Source: Acaryochloris marina S15
GTDB taxonomy: Bacteria > Cyanobacteriota > Cyanobacteriia > Thermosynechococcales > Thermosynechococcaceae
Assembly (NCBI RefSeq): GCF_018336915.1
Contig: NZ_CP064921.1
Span: forward strand, 112,268 to 144,267
DNA: 32,000 bases
Reading direction: 5' to 3'
Position numbers and translations under genes: made by a program
The notes under the pieces: model-generated
Databases searched by the model: none
The model's input: only the letters and a program-made list of their open reading frames with translations
What the model was told of the DNA's origin: nothing
Shown: positions 30,056 through 32,000 of the stretch, one piece after another
Position numbering within the stretch: the stretch's first letter is position 1
Layout: every line of letters starts with the position of its first letter

Positions 30056-30323
30056 GTTTAATCTAAGAGAACGTTCCCCCTTCTTGCCTCGTTGTCCTTT
30101 TAGTTTTTCAAAGTGAAAGCCCTTCAAGGAGTACAAATCGCGTTCATCTTTAGCAGCATCGATAGCACTCATTACCTCAAAGAAGTCATCTACAACGTTT
30201 GGATACTTATGGGCATTCTTTTCCTGGGTATAGAGTTCTTCTATCTTCTTCTTCTTGAATTTGAATCTCAAAGCGATGTCTCCCAGACCGCAGAGTTAAA
30301 TTCTCAATCCATTTTATTAAAGC

Positions 30324-30356
30324 GAATTCAGCGATAGGGTGAATCACTGAATTCAG
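30324..30356. promoter_or_regulatory. Paired GAATTCAG sites upstream of higB (candidate HigA operator)
   Basis: GAATTCAG occurs at 30324-30331 and 30349-30356. The second copy is part of the perfect 10-bp palindrome CTGAATTCAG (30347-30356). The sites are 25 bp apart, 53-85 bp upstream of the higB TTG start. Confidence 0.35.
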
Positions 30357-30501
30357 TATATCCTAAGATAGATGACTTGCCCCCATATATAGATCTTTGC
30401 AAGGCGGCTTTAACCTTTAGATGTTTCCGTATGACTGAGAATAGAAGTTAAAGTCAAGGAAGATTTAGATTATACATAGATAAAAATCAATTATAGACTT
30501 C

Positions 30502-30530
30502 TTGAAGATATATATAAATCTATCTATAAT
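30502..30530 (+). promoter_or_regulatory. Sigma-70-type promoter candidate
   Basis: TTGAAG (30502-30507), a 17-nt spacer, then a perfect TATAAT (30525-30530). The predicted transcription start is near A30537. Confidence 0.4.
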
Positions 30531-30536
30531 AGATTT

Positions 30537-30606
30537 ACTCACACCAATCACAACACATCTCTTACGTGAACTCCATTCAGCACACTTGTAGGTAAGTGTG
30601 CTTTTT
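30537..30606 (+). ncRNA. Candidate small RNA of about 70 nt (promoter to intrinsic terminator)
   Basis: The predicted start is followed by a C/A-rich single-stranded stretch, CACACCAATCACAACACATCTC. The transcript would end at the hairpin and T-run below. There is no ORF. Confidence 0.3.
30579..30606 (+). terminator. Rho-independent terminator candidate
   Basis: 9-bp stem AGCACACTT / AAGTGTGCT (30579-30587 and 30594-30602), 6-nt loop GTAGGT, followed by TTTT. The opposite strand has no T-tail. Confidence 0.5.
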
Positions 30607-31089
30607 CATATCTAGACAATGATTGACTCAATAATGCTTGGAATCCTCGTAACAGAATATGACGTTCTCTAGTATTTCTACTAGTTCAGCATTCAAGGTT
30701 CTTTATCTGTTTGAACGCTCTTTGATCTAACAGATTCTTTTCAAAAGATCTATATCTGTATAACAAGTAAATTGCTCATATAACGGCTCACTGAAACTTA
30801 TGAATTTTAGACTAAAAAAGAAGAATTAACATAATAGCTTTGGAGTGAAGCGGATCATGTATGTATACTCAGAACGAGTTGAAAGTTTACTTTCTTCATG
30901 AGCTTCAAATCCCTTGTTAGAGAGAGTTGTAGCTCAATCTAAAATGTTAAGCCCTCAGCCGTTGGCAGTATAAAGATGCCATTATTCTTTATTAAGTGGC
31001 ACTCATCCTATTTTTGCTGTAATTTTGTTCAAAGTGCTAATCCTAATTTCTGCTCCGTAGACGCTTACAAGAGACGAAGTTGAGATTAT

Positions 31090-32000
31090 ATGACAGAACA
31101 ATTTGAGCCTTTCTCTCCCCAACTCACCCAGTCCTGGCAACAAACTATTCTTGATAATGCTGATTTCATTATTGTTTCAACGGATACCAATGGGGTCATT
31201 CAAACCCTCAATGCTGGAGCATTAAAAAAATTAGGTTATACCTCTACAGAAATCATTGGCAAAGCGATTCCTTCCCTCTTTCGTGACTCAGAAGAAATAG
31301 AACAACGGACAAAAGTACTCTCTCAGGAATTAGGTAACGTCATCGAACCAGGCATAGAAACTTTTTTGGCTAAGGCTCGATTAGGCATTACCGATGAGAA
31401 TGTCTGGACCTTTATTCGCAAAGATCAGAGTCGGTTTCCCGTTTGTCTTTCCGTGACAGCGCTGTGGGATAACTCAGGCCAGTTGACGGGGTTTTTAGGA
31501 ATTGGCAAAGATGTCACTGCTCAACAAGAAGCTAAGGCATCTCTAGTTAAAAGCGAAGCCCGATTCTCAGCCGCGTTCCAAGATGCTCCCATTGGTATGG
31601 CATTAATTTCCCCAGAGGGGCTGTGGATCAAAGTCAATGACGCCCTGGCTAATCTACTAGGATACGCCCCAGCAGAATTGATGGATCTTACCCTACCAGA
31701 GATTTTTCATCCAGGTGATAGAACTGTTGAAGAAGCTGAAAGACAGCGGCTGATCAACGGGATAATCGACAACTACTGCTTAGAAATTCGCTGTCTTCAT
31801 CAACAAGGGCATGAGGTATGGGTTTTACTGAATGCATCTCAGGTTCAGAGTCAGCGGGGTGTCCCTCCAGACTGTATTGTTCAGGTCCAAGATATCCACA
31901 AACGTAAACAAGCTGAAGAAGCACTCCAGCGCCTCAACACCAATCTAGAACAACTTGTTGATGAGCGTACTAGCCAACTTAATGAAGCGATTGAAACGGC
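31090..32000 (+). CDS. Multi-PAS sensor protein, N-terminal part (continues beyond the window)
   Basis: ATG 31090 opens a frame that stays open to the window end. It contains two PAS units (IIVSTDTNGVIQTLNAGALKKLGYTSTEIIGK...; GMALISPEGLWIKVNDALANLLGYAPAELMD...HQQGHEVWV) and then a coiled-coil linker. Confidence 0.8.
   Translation, partial: MTEQFEPFSPQLTQSWQQTILDNADFIIVSTDTNGVIQTLNAGALKKLGYTSTEIIGKAIPSLFRDSEEIEQRTKVLSQELGNVIEPGIETFLAKARLGITDENVWTFIRKDQSRFPVCLSVTALWDNSGQLTGFLGIGKDVTAQQEAKASLVKSEARFSAAFQDAPIGMALISPEGLWIKVNDALANLLGYAPAELMDLTLPEIFHPGDRTVEEAERQRLINGIIDNYCLEIRCLHQQGHEVWVLLNASQVQSQRGVPPDCIVQVQDIHKRKQAEEALQRLNTNLEQLVDERTSQLNEAIET

Larger units (their letters stand above)
28578..30271 (-). 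pseudogene. higB: HigB (RelE/ParE-superfamily killer) toxin gene split by an ISL3 insertion
   Basis: The 30056-30271 part reads MRFKFKKKKIEELYTQEKNAHKYP...KGFHFEKLKGQRGKKGERSLRLN. The 28578-28669 part reads KQWRLIVSIVKDKDGNFLLIIDIEDYH*. Joined in frame they give a 99-aa HigB-like protein. Confidence 0.85.
30390..30752. mobile_element. IS630-related MITE-like element, 363 bp, flanked by TA
   Basis: The ends are TAGATCT... (30390) and ...AGATCTA (30752), each abutted by TA. The right end, reverse-complemented, is TAGATCTTTTGAAAAGAATCTGTT and matches the IS630 right TIR TAGATCTTCAGAAAAGCATCCGTG at 20 of 24 positions. The left end matches only in its first 7-8 nt. Confidence 0.55.

Overview
Cyanobacterial chromosomal DNA. 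The evidence is two HIP1 GCGATCGC octamers, a group-2 sigma-70, a KaiC-like gene and an orphan groEL without groES. The genus cannot be determined. The housekeeping and signalling backbone is: a rimK operon; a PAP2 phosphatase; a DUF1622-like membrane protein; a CPA2 antiporter; a sigma factor; a KaiC-like ATPase with two histidine kinases and a NarL-type regulator; a TPR lipoprotein; groEL; a higB/higA-ImmA module; and a partial PAS sensor.

This backbone is heavily colonised by mobile DNA. I can delimit seven IS elements to the base or nearly so, plus three MITE-like inverted-repeat elements:
- two Tn5-like IS4 elements;
- one IS701/IS4-like element;
- one IS630;
- two IS256-type elements, one nested in the other;
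- one ISL3.

Most insertions can be removed in silico to restore the interrupted reading frame, so they look recent.

The most interesting object is a 2553-bp element at 23508-26064. It encodes only a 719-aa large serine recombinase plus a 68-codon upstream ORF. It has symmetric inverted arms and a 4-bp CTCA core repeat. It sits inside an IS4 transposase gene exactly at the GAG codon of the catalytic DDE glutamate, and removing it restores the Y-x2-R-x3-E-x6-K motif in frame.

There is also a data-quality signal. All six single-base frameshifts I found (rimK, groEL and four transposases) are repaired by adding one base to a homopolymer run. This suggests systematic undercalling rather than real pseudogenes. 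No rRNA, tRNA or CRISPR array was seen.
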